DNA of 63,958 nt, the filler included, from Octopus bimaculoides (taxonomy: Eukaryota): the NCBI RefSeq assembly GCF_001194135.2. It is 5 parts of 4 records of this genome, joined end to end, with 100 filler letters (N's around TTAATTAATTAA, not from the genome) between each part and the next. Parts side by side here need not be neighbours in the genome. Positions count along the whole stretch, not along the records: positions 62,270 to 63,958 come from NC_068986.1; 4 more parts are not named here. One strand, given 5' to 3'. Within the stretch, counting starts at the first letter, position 1; each line of letters starts with the position of its first letter. Of this stretch, positions 62,170 through 63,958 are shown one piece after another. A program made the position numbers and the translations under genes. The notes below the pieces were generated by a model. The model was not told the origin of the DNA, did no database searches, and saw nothing but the letters and a program-made list of their open reading frames with translations.

Positions 62170-62269
62170 NNNNNNNNNNNNNNNNNNNNNNNNNNNNNNN
62201 NNNNNNNNNNNNNTTAATTAATTAANNNNNNNNNNNNNNNNNNNNNNNNNNNNNNNNNNNNNNNNNNNN
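62170..62269. other. Assembly spacer N44-TTAATTAATTAA-N44
   Basis: 12-mer at 62214-62225 between N runs. Confidence 0.95.
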
Positions 62270-62401
62270 ATACGTGTGTTTGTGTAAAACATATACACAA
62301 ACATACATGCATATATATCTTGAATTAAAAATGACTAGTTATACGAAAACTATCTTCAAAACAGAAATAACATATCGCGAAATCCATCGTGAAGATTAAG
62401 G

Positions 62402-63022
62402 ATAAAATCGCTTTAATGATTTTATGAAGTGGCCAGCGTGAAATAAAATCCTTTTAGGTAATATTTTATACCAATTTATAATTATATAAAATAATTATAT
62501 TAAAGGGTGCGGAACGCCCCCCCCCCCAAAAAAAAAACACAGAAGAAATAGACGCCAAGTGGATCTAAGAAGCACATCTAAACTCCATTGATACGGGTTG
62601 TAAGCGGGCAGTTGAAAAATGAGTAAGAGTTTTTTTGAAAAGTATAGTTAATTGTAAATCGATTTCTAGCTTAGCGTTATAAAAACACCCTGCTGCCATC
62701 AGTACAATATGCAAATGTATATAGATGCAAATATCTATACATACCCATACAAACAACATATCTGTATGGCCATATACATACATTTACATCTATAAACTAG
62801 TAAAATATCTAATTTTTTTTTCATTTCAACCTCGTGAATTTGTTATTATAATAATCTCGCAGCGAATGCAATTTCACCATGAGCAAAAATATATATTTTA
62901 TAAAATTAAGTATAAAATCGCTTTAATGATTTTATCAAGTGGCTAATGTGAAATGAAAACCTTGTAGGTAAAATTTTATACTAATTCATAATTGTATTAA
63001 ATACTTATATTATAAGGTGCGG
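62402..63022. repeat. ~110-bp diverged direct repeat, two copies 510 bp apart
   Basis: ataaaatcgctttaatgatttta..aagtggc...taggtaa.attttatac.aatt.ataatt.tat...tatatt..a.ggtgcgga at 62402 and 62912. Confidence 0.8.
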
Positions 63023-63148
63023 ATAAAACCCACCAAAGACTTTATAAGCCTGTTTTTCGGATATTAAGGGAATTGATCACTCGAAACTTGATGATATTGA
63101 TTATGTAGCTACTATGGTTCATAAGAATTCATAGTGTTTGTATATATG

Positions 63149-63788
63149 TTGGGTGTTGTGAATAAAGTATCGTCTAAATTACACAAAAATGAAAATAACA
63201 CTGACATCTCATTTTAACAGATATATTGAAATACTAATGGGTAGATTTATTCCACAAAATCATCATTAGTTTAAACCACGGCCTCCAGTCGACTCAAATT
63301 CTACTGCAACTCTTCTGGACGGTCTTCTTGTTTATGCTGTCATAATTCCAGCCTTCAGTTTATATTTGGTGTTACAAAGTGTGTTGTTAGTCTTTCGTTC
63401 AAATGCACCTCACACAATAATCAAGGGGTTTGCAGTCTGGGAAGTAAGGGGTGATGTCGTTTCCAAATTTTTGGCAGAGTGAATTGCGTCATGGTAGTTT
63501 TTTTCTTTTTTCTCACCGACGGTGCTCAACTGACCCTTCTGTAATGTATAGTTAATAAAATCAAATACAGAAAATGCGCATGCACAAAGTTAAAATCGTG
63601 ACAATTTACCAATCGCACTCTGAAGGCCCTGTTTGAAGCCAATGACGATTTTATTGAATAAATTTATACTTTAGTATTTCAAGATTTTTTTTTTTTTGTA
63701 ATTTCGGTAAATATATCTGTTAAAATGAGATGTCAGCGTTATTTTTCATTTTACGTAATTTAGATGACAATTCATTCACCTCACCCTG
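63149..63788 (-). mobile_element. Non-autonomous maT/mariner-Tc1 derivative with long (~85-bp) imperfect TIRs
   Basis: Left ttgggtgttgtgaataaagtatcgtctaaattac...ctgacatctcattttaacagatatat mirrors right atatatctgttaaaatgagatgtcag...gtaatttagatgacaattcattcacctcaccctg|TA. Internal PDCKPLDYCV*GAFER..N..CNTK..LKA.I. Confidence 0.85.
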
Positions 63789-63958
63789 TATATATCTGTT
63801 AAATTTGTAAACGGGAAACAAAGGTTGGTATTTAGGCAGTGTGTTACATATTTAAGTGTCCCACGAATTACGGGTGTAAACCTGAACTTGTAATCTGGAG
63901 AGATTAACTGAAGATTTTTCAATAGTTCAGTGTAGGTATTCTTTTTTTTTTCACTTAT

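Overview
AT-rich eukaryotic DNA from a gappy draft assembly. It is dense in microsatellites and made almost entirely of transposable-element debris. The SINE families look like those I associate with octopus (cephalopod) genomes; this is recognition from memory, not a search result. I find no confidently identifiable host gene, rRNA or tRNA gene, or CRISPR array. The only host-gene candidate is one clean minus-strand exon at 5460-5788. Supported content: (1) at least four dispersed tRNA-headed or SINE-like families, labelled A-D here, with many copies; (2) three R4/Dong-type non-LTR fragments bounded by (TAA)n tracts; (3) Tx1/L1-clade pieces, namely two ORF2 fragments and a ~2 kb ORF1-only, gag-like CCHC element that may sit inside a SINE head; (4) five Tc1/mariner elements, four with visible TIRs, plus several MITEs and foldbacks; (5) Penelope-type termini carrying minimal hammerhead ribozyme motifs. 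The most interesting signal is a short element seen twice (57504-57815, and 20140-20455 with the head then leading into a Dong insertion). It joins a Pol III tRNA-like head and a (TAA)n linker to a hammerhead-containing Penelope-like tail, with an inverted copy of its own 3' end upstream. This suggests a ribozyme-carrying SINE mobilised by Penelope-like elements. Four 100-bp N44-TTAATTAATTAA-N44 spacers are assembly artefacts. Most coordinates for degenerate repeats are approximate (about +/-10-20 bp).
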